Below, in pieces: positions 11,336 through 22,050 of a stretch of 64,000 nucleotides of DNA. The stretch covers positions 4,226 to 68,225 of the forward strand of contig QCLI01000002.1 of NCBI GenBank assembly GCA_003214695.1, in the 5' to 3' direction. A model generated the notes under the pieces. It did not search any database, was not told where the DNA came from, and saw only the letters and a list, made by a program, of their open reading frames with translations. How positions within the stretch are numbered: the stretch's first letter is position 1; every line of letters begins with the position of its first letter. The translations under genes and the position numbers were made by a program. Origin of the DNA: Prochlorococcus sp. AG-412-P08. Lineage in GTDB: Bacteria > Cyanobacteriota > Cyanobacteriia > PCC-6307 > Cyanobiaceae.

Positions 11336-11503
11336 CCTTCATCGGGCCTAGTGAGTCAGTTTAATCAATTAGAACAATTCATCAGAAGAAATACTGAGAG
11401 CGAAGTAATGCTCAAAATCTCACGTTCTGAGCAAGTCAATTCCAGAATTTCAACAATTTTTATAGCAATCTTCGAAAGCAAGTTCTCCTTGAAAGTTAAT
11501 TTT

Positions 11504-12004
11504 CTATTGAAGATTGAAACTTTGGCGTTCTTTTGCAGACCAATTAGAAAGTGGTAGTTGCGCAAGTGCAGCATTGCTTAATTTTTTAATCCCAGTAATT
11601 TCTTGACCGCACCAGCTAGGTTTTTGTATAATTTCTTTTTTTGAAGATAATTCCACTTCAGCTAGGACTAATGGGTAGTTGTTACCCATAAAACAGTCAA
11701 TGACCCAGTCTCCGGGACTTAAATCCAGTTGATATCTATGTTTGATTAGTTTTTTTGTGCTTAGTTCCCACAAACATAAAGCGTCTTTTAATGGAATTGG
11801 ATATTCAAATTCATGATTAGTCATTAGCTCTGAAGATTTTTTTAAAGTGATTTCAGACTTTTTGTTATTTATGATTCTCGTCCTTATAACCCATTCGTCA
11901 AAATTTGTTGATAAGTAAGCTTGATGAAACTCTTGCCTTTCTTTACTCAAGACTTTCCATCCGTCATCTTGGATTATGTAACGTCTCTCTATTTCAAAAG
12001 GCAT
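11504..12004 (-). CDS. CYTH-domain (triphosphate tunnel) protein
   Basis: FEIERRY (ExE motif), EFEYPIP, K.RY, W.ID.F.G.N..L..AEVEL and SN.ALA; ATG at 12004 overlaps the end of nadK. Confidence 0.88.
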   Translation of the reverse strand: MPFEIERRYIIQDDGWKVLSKERQEFHQAYLSTNFDEWVIRTRIINNKKSEITLKKSSELMTNHEFEYPIPLKDALCLWELSTKKLIKHRYQLDLSPGDWVIDCFMGNNYPLVLAEVELSSKKEIIQKPSWCGQEITGIKKLSNAALAQLPLSNWSAKERQSFNLQ

Positions 12005-12926
12005 TGCGCATGATTGTTTCTGTTGAATCATTAACTAAGTTTCCAGCCCAATGGAGTTTTTGTGTGAGTGTTTTGTAGTAAGAAGAGCTTTGTTCTAACA
12101 GGATCATCAAGGCATTATGCCTTGCTTTCTGAATTAGGCATTTGTCACCTTCTTGAATAAGCGATTTTCCAACACCGTCTTGCCAAATTTTTATCCTACG
12201 ATTTTTGTTCCCCACCGGTTTTATTATTAGGGTAGATCCAGCTGGCACAACAATGGTTCTACTGGATAAGCTCATCGGACATATTGGGCTAACAACAATT
12301 GCTTCTACGCCAGGGTGAAGAATGGGCCCTCCTGTGCCCATGGCATAGGCGGTTGACCCTGTCGGTGTAGCTAAGATCAAACCATCGCCTTTGTATATGT
12401 CTACAGGCTCTCCATCAATCTCGAGTTCCAGTGAACACGTTGGTGAGACTTCATCTCTATAGGAACGAAAATAAATATCATTTAATGCCCAAAATAAATC
12501 TTCTGTTTTTTGGCCATGATCAATACTTGTATTGAGTTCTAACTTTCCCTGAAGCATCATTCTACTTTGAATTGCAAATTGATCTTTATCCAGTTTTTCC
12601 CAAAGACTTTTATTTTCTAATAATTGTTGGTCATGGGTAAGGAATCCAAGATTGCCACCAACATTGAAACTTAAAATTGGTATTTTGTGGATTGAAAGAT
12701 GTCGTGCTGCTCCAAGCACTGTCCCATCACCGCCTAGGATAACCGCTAGGTTTGGAAGTCTACTGGTTTCTTTTAGAAGACTGGGGAATGGATTGTACTC
12801 TAAACCACTTTCTAATGCAGTAACCTTGACACCTAAAGATTTTAGATAATCAGAGCATGAAATAGCTTTTTGTCTTGCAGACTGGCTATTTGATTTATAT
12901 ATTATCCACACTAAATCAATCTTCAT
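11994..12926 (-). CDS. nadK: NAD kinase
   Basis: [18 protein letters not shown] and [15 protein letters not shown]. Confidence 0.95.
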   Translation of the reverse strand: MKIDLVWIIYKSNSQSARQKAISCSDYLKSLGVKVTALESGLEYNPFPSLLKETSRLPNLAVILGGDGTVLGAARHLSIHKIPILSFNVGGNLGFLTHDQQLLENKSLWEKLDKDQFAIQSRMMLQGKLELNTSIDHGQKTEDLFWALNDIYFRSYRDEVSPTCSLELEIDGEPVDIYKGDGLILATPTGSTAYAMGTGGPILHPGVEAIVVSPICPMSLSSRTIVVPAGSTLIIKPVGNKNRRIKIWQDGVGKSLIQEGDKCLIQKARHNALMILLEQSSSYYKTLTQKLHWAGNLVNDSTETIMRNAF

Positions 12927-12935
12927 CTTTAATAT

Positions 12936-13262
12936 CTACCACTTCAGAAGGTTGAAACTTTCCATGTCAACCGTAGTTCTATTTCTATATAGAGAAAGTA
13001 AAATTGCCAATCCAACTGCTGCTTCAGCAGCAGCAACAGTAATAACAAATACAGTGAAAACCTGTCCTCTTATTATATTTCCATCAATATAAGATGAAAA
13101 GGCCATTAAGTTTATATTGACTCCATTTAACATTAGTTCAATACTCATTAGTACGCGGACTGCATTTCGACTATTAATTAAACCCCAGACGCCTATACAA
13201 AAAAGTATTGATGCAATTAATAAATATGCGTTTAGTGGTATTAATTCTTGAGAGTTAAACAT
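12936..13262 (-). CDS. ndhE: NDH-1 subunit 4L
   Basis: [16 protein letters not shown]...[11 protein letters not shown]. Confidence 0.97.
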   Translation of the reverse strand: MFNSQELIPLNAYLLIASILFCIGVWGLINSRNAVRVLMSIELMLNGVNINLMAFSSYIDGNIIRGQVFTVFVITVAAAEAAVGLAILLSLYRNRTTVDMESFNLLKW

Positions 13263-13298
13263 TTGACTAGACTTTGGTTGGAATAATGTATTACTTGA

Positions 13299-13901
13299 TC
13301 AATCACTTGACTGATCAAGTAATACATTATCAGTAGAATTATTGATAATGTTTTGTGGAATGGAGTCCGTCGATTCTAACTCAATTGATATAACATCTCT
13401 TCTAGCTAATACTATTGCACCAATCATAGCCATTAATAATAGTACTGATGCTAATTCAAAAGGTAGGAGGTAGTCAGTGAACAAGTGCTCACCAATTCGT
13501 TCAGTAGCTATTTCTCCTATAGCCTTAGGTCCTGGAGTTGCCCAATTTGTTGTTATGTCTACTCGGAATAAGAGAGCAAGAAGTCCCGCACACACACATC
13601 CAGAGAAGAACCTTCTAATTTTTAAACCTTTAATTGGTTTAAGTTCTTCCTGCTTATTTACTAACATTATCGCAAATAGTATTAGGACATTGACGGCGCC
13701 TACGTAAACTAAAATCTGTGCTGCGGCAACAAAACTGGCATTTAAGAGTAGATATAATCCAGCCACGGACATGAAGACACCACCAAGAAGAAAAGCGGAG
13801 TAAACGATATTGTCAATTAATACAACACCAAGTGCACCACTAACAATTACGCTTGAAAGAATGAGGAAGCAAATTAATTCTGTACTAGTCGCGATAGTCA
13901 T
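13299..13901 (-). CDS. ndhG: NDH-1 subunit 6
   Basis: NIVYSAFLL, AQILVYVGAVNVL and LLPFELASVLLL. Confidence 0.96.
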   Translation of the reverse strand: MTIATSTELICFLILSSVIVSGALGVVLIDNIVYSAFLLGGVFMSVAGLYLLLNASFVAAAQILVYVGAVNVLILFAIMLVNKQEELKPIKGLKIRRFFSGCVCAGLLALLFRVDITTNWATPGPKAIGEIATERIGEHLFTDYLLPFELASVLLLMAMIGAIVLARRDVISIELESTDSIPQNIINNSTDNVLLDQSSD

Positions 13902-14515
13902 TATGTTTTCTCTCCAACGGATGCTTTATTATTCTCAATAGTTTTCACTGATACCTCAGAAGGTAATTTGCCTGCTCTGGGACTATTTTTATCTAATTCA
14001 TGAGGATCCATTACACCTTTAGGAAGATAAGCTAATTCTTTTAAAGCTATAACAGAAGGATCTGTAGTTACATTTGTAGGCAGTCTGCCTAAAGCTACAT
14101 TATCAAAATTTAGATTATGACGATCAAACGCTGCAAGTTCATATTCCTCAGTCATGGAAAGGCAGTTTGTGGGGCAATATTCAACACAGTTTCCACAAAA
14201 TATACATACTCCAAAATCAATTGAATAATTCCTAAGTTCTTTCTTTTTTGTTTCTTTATTCATTACCCAGTCGACTACAGGCAGATTAATTGGGCAAACC
14301 CTTACACAAACTTCACAGGCAATACATTTATCAAACTCATAGTGAATTCTTCCTCGATATCTTTCTGAAGGAATTAATTTTTCGTATGGATATTGGACCG
14401 TAATTGGTCGTCTACGCATATGGTCAAAGGTAACTGCTAAGCCTTGCAAAAGGTATTTGCCAGCACTTATTGCATCTTTTGTGTAGTCTGCTGCTTTCTG
14501 AAAAAAGGTACCCAT
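13901..14515 (-). CDS. ndhI: NDH-1 subunit I (2x[4Fe-4S])
   Basis: [12 protein letters not shown] and [12 protein letters not shown]. Confidence 0.97.
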   Translation of the reverse strand: MGTFFQKAADYTKDAISAGKYLLQGLAVTFDHMRRRPITVQYPYEKLIPSERYRGRIHYEFDKCIACEVCVRVCPINLPVVDWVMNKETKKKELRNYSIDFGVCIFCGNCVEYCPTNCLSMTEEYELAAFDRHNLNFDNVALGRLPTNVTTDPSVIALKELAYLPKGVMDPHELDKNSPRAGKLPSEVSVKTIENNKASVGEKT

Positions 14516-14638
14516 TGGAAGTTATTTAATTATTTGGTGAACCTAATAATTAAATCTTACAGGGGTTTCTATAGAAATAAGTGTCTTTATATTTAAAAAT
14601 GCAAATTGTTTTCAATTGCTAATTCCTTAGGCTTGCTT

Positions 14639-15793
14639 TTAGCCACCAAAGGCAATAGGAAAGGCTAGTTTTAAAGCAGCAGTAAATAGTAAGTTGACTA
14701 GAGCAATCGGAAGTAAGAATTTCCACCCAAGATCAAGCAATTGGTCAATTCTCACTCTTGGGGTTGTCCATCTAAGTAATATTGCTAAGAACACCAAGAA
14801 GTAAGTCTTGAACACTGTCATGATTATCCCTATAGTGGCCGCAAGAATTTGAATAACTGGGGCATTAGGAGATTGACCTAAAGAATTTGTAATCAGGTCT
14901 ATTGGGATTGGGAAACCCCAGCCTCCAAGGTAGAGAATGGATACTAATAACGAAGATAAAATTAAATTTATATAGCTACCTAAGTAAAAAAGAGCGAATT
15001 TCATTCCTGCATATTCAGTCTGATATCCAGCAACAAGCTCTTCCTCTGCTTCTGGAAGATCAAAAGGGAGTCGCTCACATTCGGCCAGGGCACATATCCA
15101 GAAAATTAAAAAACCAACAGGTTGCCTAAAGATATTCCAACTGAATAAGCCAGTAGTATTTTGTTGATTAACAATATCAACTGTACTTAGAGAATTACTC
15201 ATCATGACTACTGCCAATACCGCTAAAGCAAGAGGAATCTCATAACTGATTGATTGCGCTGCGGCTCTTAGTCCTCCTAGGAGGGAATATTTATTATTTG
15301 AAGCATATCCACTCATTAAGAGTCCAATAGGCTGAATGCTACTTAATGCAATCCATAAGAAAATTCCTATACCTACATTGCTAATCAACAAATTTTGGCC
15401 AAAGGGAACAATTAGCCAAGAAAGAATTACTGGAATTAAAACTAAAATGGGACCCAATGTAAATAGCAAACTATCTGCTTTGTGAGGAATGATATCTTCT
15501 TTGACTAGTAGTTTTAAGCCATCAGCCATTGGCTGAAGAATGCCTAAGGCGCCTGCATATTCTGGCCCAACCCTTTGTTGTGCTGCAGCAGAAATCTTTC
15601 TTTCAAGCCATACGGTCACAAGTACTCCTATGAGAGCAGCTGTGAGAACTAGAAGCATTGGAAGTGGCAACCATAGAAGGTGAGCAATGCTTGAAGGTAA
15701 CCCCATGCCTTGCAGAAGATGATTGAAACTCCTTTCGAGATCCAAGCCTGGATTCACTACTGCAATTAAAACTATTTTTAGAGTAGTGAACAT
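14639..15793 (-). CDS. ndhA: NDH-1 subunit 1
   Basis: [16 protein letters not shown] and [21 protein letters not shown]; true start may be about 12 codons downstream. Confidence 0.97.
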   Translation of the reverse strand: MFTTLKIVLIAVVNPGLDLERSFNHLLQGMGLPSSIAHLLWLPLPMLLVLTAALIGVLVTVWLERKISAAAQQRVGPEYAGALGILQPMADGLKLLVKEDIIPHKADSLLFTLGPILVLIPVILSWLIVPFGQNLLISNVGIGIFLWIALSSIQPIGLLMSGYASNNKYSLLGGLRAAAQSISYEIPLALAVLAVVMMSNSLSTVDIVNQQNTTGLFSWNIFRQPVGFLIFWICALAECERLPFDLPEAEEELVAGYQTEYAGMKFALFYLGSYINLILSSLLVSILYLGGWGFPIPIDLITNSLGQSPNAPVIQILAATIGIIMTVFKTYFLVFLAILLRWTTPRVRIDQLLDLGWKFLLPIALVNLLFTAALKLAFPIAFGG

Positions 15794-15826
15794 TCTAGAT
15801 AATTACTTCCTTTTAATTTACTCGTA

Positions 15827-17005
15827 TTAGTTCTTAGTTCGCTCATCTAAAGCTATCCAAGTTCTAGTTTTAGCACCTGTATAAATTTGTGTAGGTCGAA
15901 AGATTCTGTTGGCACTCAGTTGCTCGCGCCAATGTGCAAGCCATCCAGCAACTCTTGAAATAGCAAAAATAGGAGTAAATAGATCTCTAGGAATCCCTAA
16001 TTTTCTATAAACAAGACCTGAATAGAAGTCAACATTTGGGTATATACCTTTTGGACCTAGCAATGGAGAAGCTTCATTTTCGACTGCTTTTGCTACGTCA
16101 TACATTGCATCTGTTCCAAATCGTGCAAACAAGTCTTCTGCAAAACTTTGAAGGAGAGTTGCCCTTGGATCTTTGACCTTATATTCTCTATGTCCAAAGC
16201 CCATGATTTTGCTTTTCTCGGCGATTGCACGTTGTAAATATTCTTTGGCTTTGTCAGGAGAATGGATTTCTTCAAGCATGGCAATTACATCTTCGTTAGC
16301 ACCACCATGTAGAGGACCTGCAAGAGTCCCAACGGCTGAAGCAATGACTGCGTATGGATCTGTCAACGTACTTGCAGTAACGCGAGCACTGAATGTACTT
16401 GCATTTAAGCTATGCTCTGCATGAAGGATTAGACATCTATCAAATACTCGCGCGGCAAGAGGATCTGGCTCCCTTTCAGTGAGCATATAAAGGAAATTTG
16501 CTGAATAAGGTAAATCGTCTCTAGGTCGTATGGGGTCTTCACCTTTTCTGATTAGCTGAAAAGCAGCAACCATTGTTGGTATTTTGGCAATTAATCTAAC
16601 CACTGCGTCATAGATATATTCTGGATCGTCAATTGCTCTTCTTGAATAAAAGAGACCTAAAGATGCAGCACTAGATTGGAGTGCATCCATCGGATGACCT
16701 GATTCTGGAAAGCATTTCATCATATCTCTTACTCTGAAACTTAAACGACGATGCATTTGAATTGCTTCTTCGAACTCTCTTAATTGGTTTGCACTTGGGA
16801 GCTCTCCCCAAATAAGAAGATAAGTAGTTTCTAAAAAACTGCTTTTGGCAGCTAATTCTGCAATTGGATAACCTCTATAATTAAGTTCTCCTTGATTTCC
16901 ATCAATATCACAGATCGCCGATTGAGTAACTGGAACTCCTTCAAGCCCAGGTCTTAAGACGAGATTGCTTGTATTTTTTGAATTTTCTATAGCTTTATGC
17001 TCCAA
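15827..17005 (-). CDS. gltA: Citrate synthase
   Basis: GLEGV, HAEHSLNASTF, GPLHGGANE, MGFGHR.Y...DPR and PNVDFYSG. Confidence 0.97.
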   Translation of the reverse strand: MEHKAIENSKNTSNLVLRPGLEGVPVTQSAICDIDGNQGELNYRGYPIAELAAKSSFLETTYLLIWGELPSANQLREFEEAIQMHRRLSFRVRDMMKCFPESGHPMDALQSSAASLGLFYSRRAIDDPEYIYDAVVRLIAKIPTMVAAFQLIRKGEDPIRPRDDLPYSANFLYMLTEREPDPLAARVFDRCLILHAEHSLNASTFSARVTASTLTDPYAVIASAVGTLAGPLHGGANEDVIAMLEEIHSPDKAKEYLQRAIAEKSKIMGFGHREYKVKDPRATLLQSFAEDLFARFGTDAMYDVAKAVENEASPLLGPKGIYPNVDFYSGLVYRKLGIPRDLFTPIFAISRVAGWLAHWREQLSANRIFRPTQIYTGAKTRTWIALDERTKN

Positions 17006-17079
17006 AGCTTTCCATCAATAAAGATACTTCTTTTTTTATTCTAAAATAAGTCATTGATCAGTACGTCAACGCAGAATTA

Positions 17080-18684
17080 TTAATTTATTGAGAGCATTCC
17101 CCTTAAACTTAAAGCTGGTTGCTCATTTTGATTATCTTCTCCAACGTTTAATTCTAAATGGCTTGCTTTCAGATTTGGATTCTTACGAATACCTATTTTT
17201 ATTATTTGCCAAGGTTTCCAACTATTTAAGATGTGTTGAGTTGAGTCTTCTCCAAGAGACAATTTCTGGGTAATCTCCATTTCTGGTTTCGCAACTATTT
17301 GATCTAGCTGACCTATTTGTTGATCCAATCGATCAGCTTCATTTGTTTCTTCAAACAGAGAAATATCATTTGCCCAGAAATTAAAATTAGGCTTTTGAGA
17401 TAAGATTAATTCAATTTTAGGCAATAATTTATAAAGAGATTCTTTTCGTTTAACAATTAACTTTGACCATATAGTTATTACATCATCTTTTAGCTTTATT
17501 GTTGATTTGTTGAAACCTTTACTCTCTAGATTTGAAGCAACCTTCATTAATATGTCATCACCTTCAAATCCTAATAACCATCCTTCTTTATTACTGCCAA
17601 TGATCAATATATCTTTCTCCATATCAACAATTAAATTTGACAAGGGTGATTCAAAGTCTAGTAATGATTTTCTTAATATATCGCCGAACCATTTGGAGTA
17701 AATACCTTCTTTATCTATATCTAGTAACTCTGCAGGATTTTTAATAATAGCAATATTATCAAGGCTTAATTTTTTGTATTCAAATGGGATTAGATCATTA
17801 TTATTTTTAGCGGCTATTAAATTGAACTTTTCGTTAAATTTAAAATAACTATCTAAGAATATTTTATTTTCTTCAGTTTTGATTGATGCTGCAAATCCAC
17901 TAGGAGTGATTTGTTCAACAACCAATGCTGGAATCTGGAAAAAGGACTTAAGTGCTTCTGATGAAGAAGTTATTAATGCAGAACCAGCATCAAGATGATC
18001 TATTGTATCTTTCAACTCTGTATCGAACAGTTGACTTTCTCTTGAATCGATTGAAACTTTTATTGCTTGTTTAATTAATTGCTTATCGGATGCAATTGCC
18101 AGCAGGTTATTCTCCAATAGTGACATGGAAATTGACTTATTCTCATTGGTAAGATTCTGGTCTGTTTCGTGTATTATATAGTGCTCTTCAAATTCTTCTT
18201 TTTGTATTTCTAATCCATTAGATCTTTGATTTTCCCAGTAGCTAGTTAGGAAATTTTGGGTTGCATCATCATTAATACCTTCTAAGGTTAATAACCAACC
18301 TTTTTCGTTATCAACATCTCCATTATTTAAAATAGAAAAACTAAATCTAGGACTAATCCAGTTTGATAAGTCTTGTTCAAAATCGAGCCCTATTAATGCA
18401 AATAAACCATTTCGAAAAGACCTTCCTTTGCTTAGAGCTAGATTGCCCTTTTCTTGCTTTGAAAGTGATGCTATGTAGTTTGGTATTGCATTAGTATCTA
18501 TATTGAAATGAATTGTGAGATATGAATTCCTAGGAATATATTTACCGGAATCAGGGACCTCTACTTTTTGAATATTTAGTTTTAATGACTTTGTTATATT
18601 TGAATCTTTTAAAAATCCCAGTGCAGCTACCACTATGAGTACAAGAGTTAAACCTAAGCTGATAACGAAGGAGGCTACCTTCAT
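17080..18684 (-). CDS. Membrane-anchored exported protein (DUF3352-like)
   Basis: 534 aa ORF with an N-terminal hydrophobic anchor and a GLDFEQDLSNW motif; family call from memory of cyanobacterial homologs. Confidence 0.55.
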   Translation of the reverse strand: MKVASFVISLGLTLVLIVVAALGFLKDSNITKSLKLNIQKVEVPDSGKYIPRNSYLTIHFNIDTNAIPNYIASLSKQEKGNLALSKGRSFRNGLFALIGLDFEQDLSNWISPRFSFSILNNGDVDNEKGWLLTLEGINDDATQNFLTSYWENQRSNGLEIQKEEFEEHYIIHETDQNLTNENKSISMSLLENNLLAIASDKQLIKQAIKVSIDSRESQLFDTELKDTIDHLDAGSALITSSSEALKSFFQIPALVVEQITPSGFAASIKTEENKIFLDSYFKFNEKFNLIAAKNNNDLIPFEYKKLSLDNIAIIKNPAELLDIDKEGIYSKWFGDILRKSLLDFESPLSNLIVDMEKDILIIGSNKEGWLLGFEGDDILMKVASNLESKGFNKSTIKLKDDVITIWSKLIVKRKESLYKLLPKIELILSQKPNFNFWANDISLFEETNEADRLDQQIGQLDQIVAKPEMEITQKLSLGEDSTQHILNSWKPWQIIKIGIRKNPNLKASHLELNVGEDNQNEQPALSLRGMLSIN

Positions 18685-18758
18685 ATATTAGATGACTTGG
18701 CTTAGTGCATCTTCTTATATAACCGATTAAAACTCTTTTGGCTCTATATAATAACGAA

Positions 18759-19112
18759 ATGAATCAGAAAATTCCTTTAGACATTTCTCCAGACGAATTG
18801 AACCAATGGATACTTGATGATTTCTCTAGTCTACTTCTAGTAGATGTTAGAGAAATAGAGGAATTGACTATGGCGCCTTTTTCTTACCAAGTATTGCATT
18901 TGCCATTAAGTCGATTCTTCGCTTGGTCTCAAACTTTTAGAGAGAAATTACCTGTTGAGAAAAAGATTGTGGTCCTTTGCCATTCAGGTGTAAGAAGTTT
19001 GAATTTTGGCGTTTGGCTTTTAGAACAGGACTTTCGTTATCTAGTCTGGAATCTTAAAGGTGGAATAGATGCTTGGAGCCAGTCAGTAGATGATTCAGTC
19101 CCACGCTATTAA
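18759..19112 (+). CDS. Single-domain rhodanese
   Basis: LVDVRE, active-site loop CHSGVRS, NLKGGIDAWS and VPRY. Confidence 0.9.
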   Translation: MNQKIPLDISPDELNQWILDDFSSLLLVDVREIEELTMAPFSYQVLHLPLSRFFAWSQTFREKLPVEKKIVVLCHSGVRSLNFGVWLLEQDFRYLVWNLKGGIDAWSQSVDDSVPRY

Positions 19113-19132
19113 TTTTATGTTTTAAAGAAAAA

Positions 19133-20383
19133 TCAATCCATATAGTTCAGTTGTTTTGCGACCGTATTGACATCTTTATCGCCTCGTCCAGAACAATTAA
19201 TAACTATTTCTGTCCCTTTTGCGAGTTCTGGACAAAGTTTTTCAAGAAATGCAAAAGCATGAGCAGTTTCTAATGCAGGAATAATGCCCTCTTTCTCACT
19301 GACTAGTTGAAGCGCAGTCAGTGCTTCTTGGTCAGTTATGGCTACATATTCTGCTCTCCCAATCTCGTTGAAGTAACTATGTTCAGGCCCAACCCCTGGG
19401 TAATCAAGCCCCGCACTGATTGAATGCGCTTCTTTTACTTGGCCATTAGCGTCTTGCAGAAGAAGACTCATGGCACCATGTAAAACACCTATGCGACCTT
19501 CTGTAATTGTTGCTGCATGACGGTTTGTATTGACTCCTTCTCCTGCAGCTTCTACTCCAATCATCCTTACTGATCTATCTTCAACAAAAGGATGGAATAA
19601 GCCCATTGCATTAGAACCTCCACCTACACAGGCTAAGAGAACATCAGGAGACCTGCCAAATGCTTTTTTGCATTGCTCTTTTGCTTCTTCTCCGATGACT
19701 GCATGAAAATCTCTGACCAGCATTGGATAAGGATGCGGTCCAGCAACTGATCCAAGAATATAGTGAGTAGATTCGACATTGGTGACCCAATCTCGAATTG
19801 CTTCACTAGTCGCATCTTTTAGTGTTGCAGTTCCAGCGGTTACAGGATGAACTTTGGCTCCGAGTAGTTTCATCCTGAAGACATTTAATGCTTGTCTTTC
19901 CATATCTTCTTTGCCCATGTAAATAACGCATTCAAGTCCAAAACGAGCACATACGGTGGCTGTTGCTACACCATGTTGTCCTGCACCAGTCTCAGCAATA
20001 ATTCGTTTCTTGCCCATTCTTATAGCTAAAAGAGCTTGTCCTAAGGCATTATTTATTTTGTGAGCCCCTGTGTGATTTAAGTCTTCTCTCTTCAGCCAAA
20101 TCCTTGGACCACCATTTTTGCCTTGATAGTGCTCGCTGAGCCTCTTAGCTTCATACAAGGGTGTTTCTCTACCTACATAAGTTTTTAATAAATTTGTTAG
20201 TTCTTGCGTAAAAGACTTGTCTCGCCAGGCAAATTTCGCTGCGTTTTCTAGTTCAGTTAATGCAGGGATAAGTGTTTCTGGGACATATTGGCCTCCATAG
20301 CGACCGAATCTTCCCATAGAAGAGGGACGTGCAGTAATAACAAGATCATGATCTTTTGCTTGAGAAGGCACTTGGCTTGTCAC
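19133..20383 (-). CDS. trpB: Tryptophan synthase beta chain
   Basis: [24 protein letters not shown] and [11 protein letters not shown]. Confidence 0.98.
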   Translation of the reverse strand: MTSQVPSQAKDHDLVITARPSSMGRFGRYGGQYVPETLIPALTELENAAKFAWRDKSFTQELTNLLKTYVGRETPLYEAKRLSEHYQGKNGGPRIWLKREDLNHTGAHKINNALGQALLAIRMGKKRIIAETGAGQHGVATATVCARFGLECVIYMGKEDMERQALNVFRMKLLGAKVHPVTAGTATLKDATSEAIRDWVTNVESTHYILGSVAGPHPYPMLVRDFHAVIGEEAKEQCKKAFGRSPDVLLACVGGGSNAMGLFHPFVEDRSVRMIGVEAAGEGVNTNRHAATITEGRIGVLHGAMSLLLQDANGQVKEAHSISAGLDYPGVGPEHSYFNEIGRAEYVAITDQEALTALQLVSEKEGIIPALETAHAFAFLEKLCPELAKGTEIVINCSGRGDKDVNTVAKQLNYMD

Positions 20384-20429
20384 CTGATGAAGAGGGAAGA
20401 TATTTAATAGGTTAGAGACTTAAACGAAA

Positions 20430-20753
20430 ATGCCTAAAGGAATTTGGCGAGAATTTGAAAATCCTGCACAAAATTCGAGTGAGGAAAAATCTTTAGATAT
20501 CAAATCAAAGGTTGATAAATTAGTAAGAATTCAAAGGTCAAGAGGAGGTAGAGGGGGAAAAACAGTAACGATTATTGCTGGATTAGAGTTGAATGACATT
20601 GAATTACGAAAGCTTTTGAAGAAACTCAAAACCAAATGTGGTACTGGTGGAACATTAAAAGGAGAAAATATTGAATTGCAGGGAGACCAGATCCAATCTG
20701 CAATGCAATTTTTAAAGAAAGATGGTTTTGATCCAAAGCAATCTGGTGGATAA
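20430..20753 (+). CDS. yciH: SUI1/YciH translation-factor-like protein
   Basis: GRGGKTVT.I.GL, LKTKCGTGGT and IELQGD. Confidence 0.9.
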   Translation: MPKGIWREFENPAQNSSEEKSLDIKSKVDKLVRIQRSRGGRGGKTVTIIAGLELNDIELRKLLKKLKTKCGTGGTLKGENIELQGDQIQSAMQFLKKDGFDPKQSGG

Positions 20754-20822
20754 ATCTATAAAATGGATCCCATTAACATGTAAAAATTGTGATTGGAAAC
20801 GCTTACACAATCTAAAAGAGAA

Positions 20823-21428
20823 ATGACTACAAATTCATCAAATATTGTTTGGCATAAGGCTTCTGTCAATCGGGAGTCTATTGAGCAGAGAAGGAATCAC
20901 AAAAGTGCCATTCTTTGGTTTACAGGGTTATCAGGATCAGGAAAAAGTACTTTAGCGAATGCTGTGAATGTAGCTTTGTTTAATAAAGGACTATCTACTT
21001 ATGTACTAGATGGAGATAATATTCGCCATGGCTTGTGTAAAGATTTAGGATTTTCTGATTCTGATAGGGAAGAGAATATTCGCCGCATTGGTGAAGTGTC
21101 TAAGCTATTTTTAGATGCTGGAATTATAGTTCTAACCGCTTTTGTCTCTCCTTTTCGTAGTGATCGGGATAAGGCGAGACATTTGGTTAAGGAAAATGAT
21201 TTCGTGGAGATTTATTGCGCTGCGAACTTAGAGGTTTGTGAAGAACGTGATACCAAGGGTCTATATGCAAAAGCAAGAGCAGGACAGATTAAAGATTTCA
21301 CTGGCATCTCTAGTCCTTATGAAGAGCCTCAAGAACCAGAGTTGAAGATTGATACTGGATTAAAGGGTTTAGATGAATCTGTCGACGATGTGATCAGTAA
21401 ATTAATTAAGTTGAATATTTTTCAATAA
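20823..21428 (+). CDS. cysC: Adenylylsulfate kinase
   Basis: WFTGLSGSGKST, LDGDNIRHGL and FTGISSPYE. Confidence 0.97.
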   Translation: MTTNSSNIVWHKASVNRESIEQRRNHKSAILWFTGLSGSGKSTLANAVNVALFNKGLSTYVLDGDNIRHGLCKDLGFSDSDREENIRRIGEVSKLFLDAGIIVLTAFVSPFRSDRDKARHLVKENDFVEIYCAANLEVCEERDTKGLYAKARAGQIKDFTGISSPYEEPQEPELKIDTGLKGLDESVDDVISKLIKLNIFQ

Positions 21429-21435
21429 AGAAAGC

Positions 21436-21972
21436 TTAAATGTCGGCGATATACTTGGAGGCTCCAATGTCAATTAGCTTCTGATCCTTTGCTATAACTT
21501 CATTACGTAGTTTCTTTCTATATTTTGTTACTGCTGCGTTTATTGATGGGATTCCAGTACCTAAGATTTGTGCTGCCAATAATCCTGCGTTTAAGCCACC
21601 ATTGATTGCAACTGTTGCAACTGGTATCCCTCCAGGCATTTGTACTATGGAGTACAAGGAATCAATACCTTTTAGAGTTTTGGTTGAAATTGGTACGCCA
21701 ATAACAGGGATATTTGTAAGTGAGGCAACCATTCCTGGCAGATGAGCCGCTCCTCCAGCTCCAGCAATGATTACTTTGAGACCTTTATTCTCTGCTTCAT
21801 CTGCGAATTGCATCATTTTATGAGGCGTCCTATGTGCTGAAAGTATTCGTGTCTCTATTTTGATACCAAAATCTTCTAGAATTTGAATGGCTGGTAGAAG
21901 TGAAGGTAAATCTGAATCGCTACCCATTATCACAGCTGCTAAGTTGCTTGGTTCAGCATTTGCTGAAGTCAC
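21436..21972 (-). CDS. purE: N5-CAIR mutase
   Basis: IMGSDSD, SAHRTP, AGAGGAAHLPG and SIVQMPGGIPVATV. Confidence 0.97.
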   Translation of the reverse strand: MTSANAEPSNLAAVIMGSDSDLPSLLPAIQILEDFGIKIETRILSAHRTPHKMMQFADEAENKGLKVIIAGAGGAAHLPGMVASLTNIPVIGVPISTKTLKGIDSLYSIVQMPGGIPVATVAINGGLNAGLLAAQILGTGIPSINAAVTKYRKKLRNEVIAKDQKLIDIGASKYIADI

Positions 21973-22050
21973 GTTTTAGGAGGCAAGGTTCATTAATAAT
22001 AATGACGAGAATTATAAATTCTGCATTAGCTCTTCGAACTATTCACTGAC

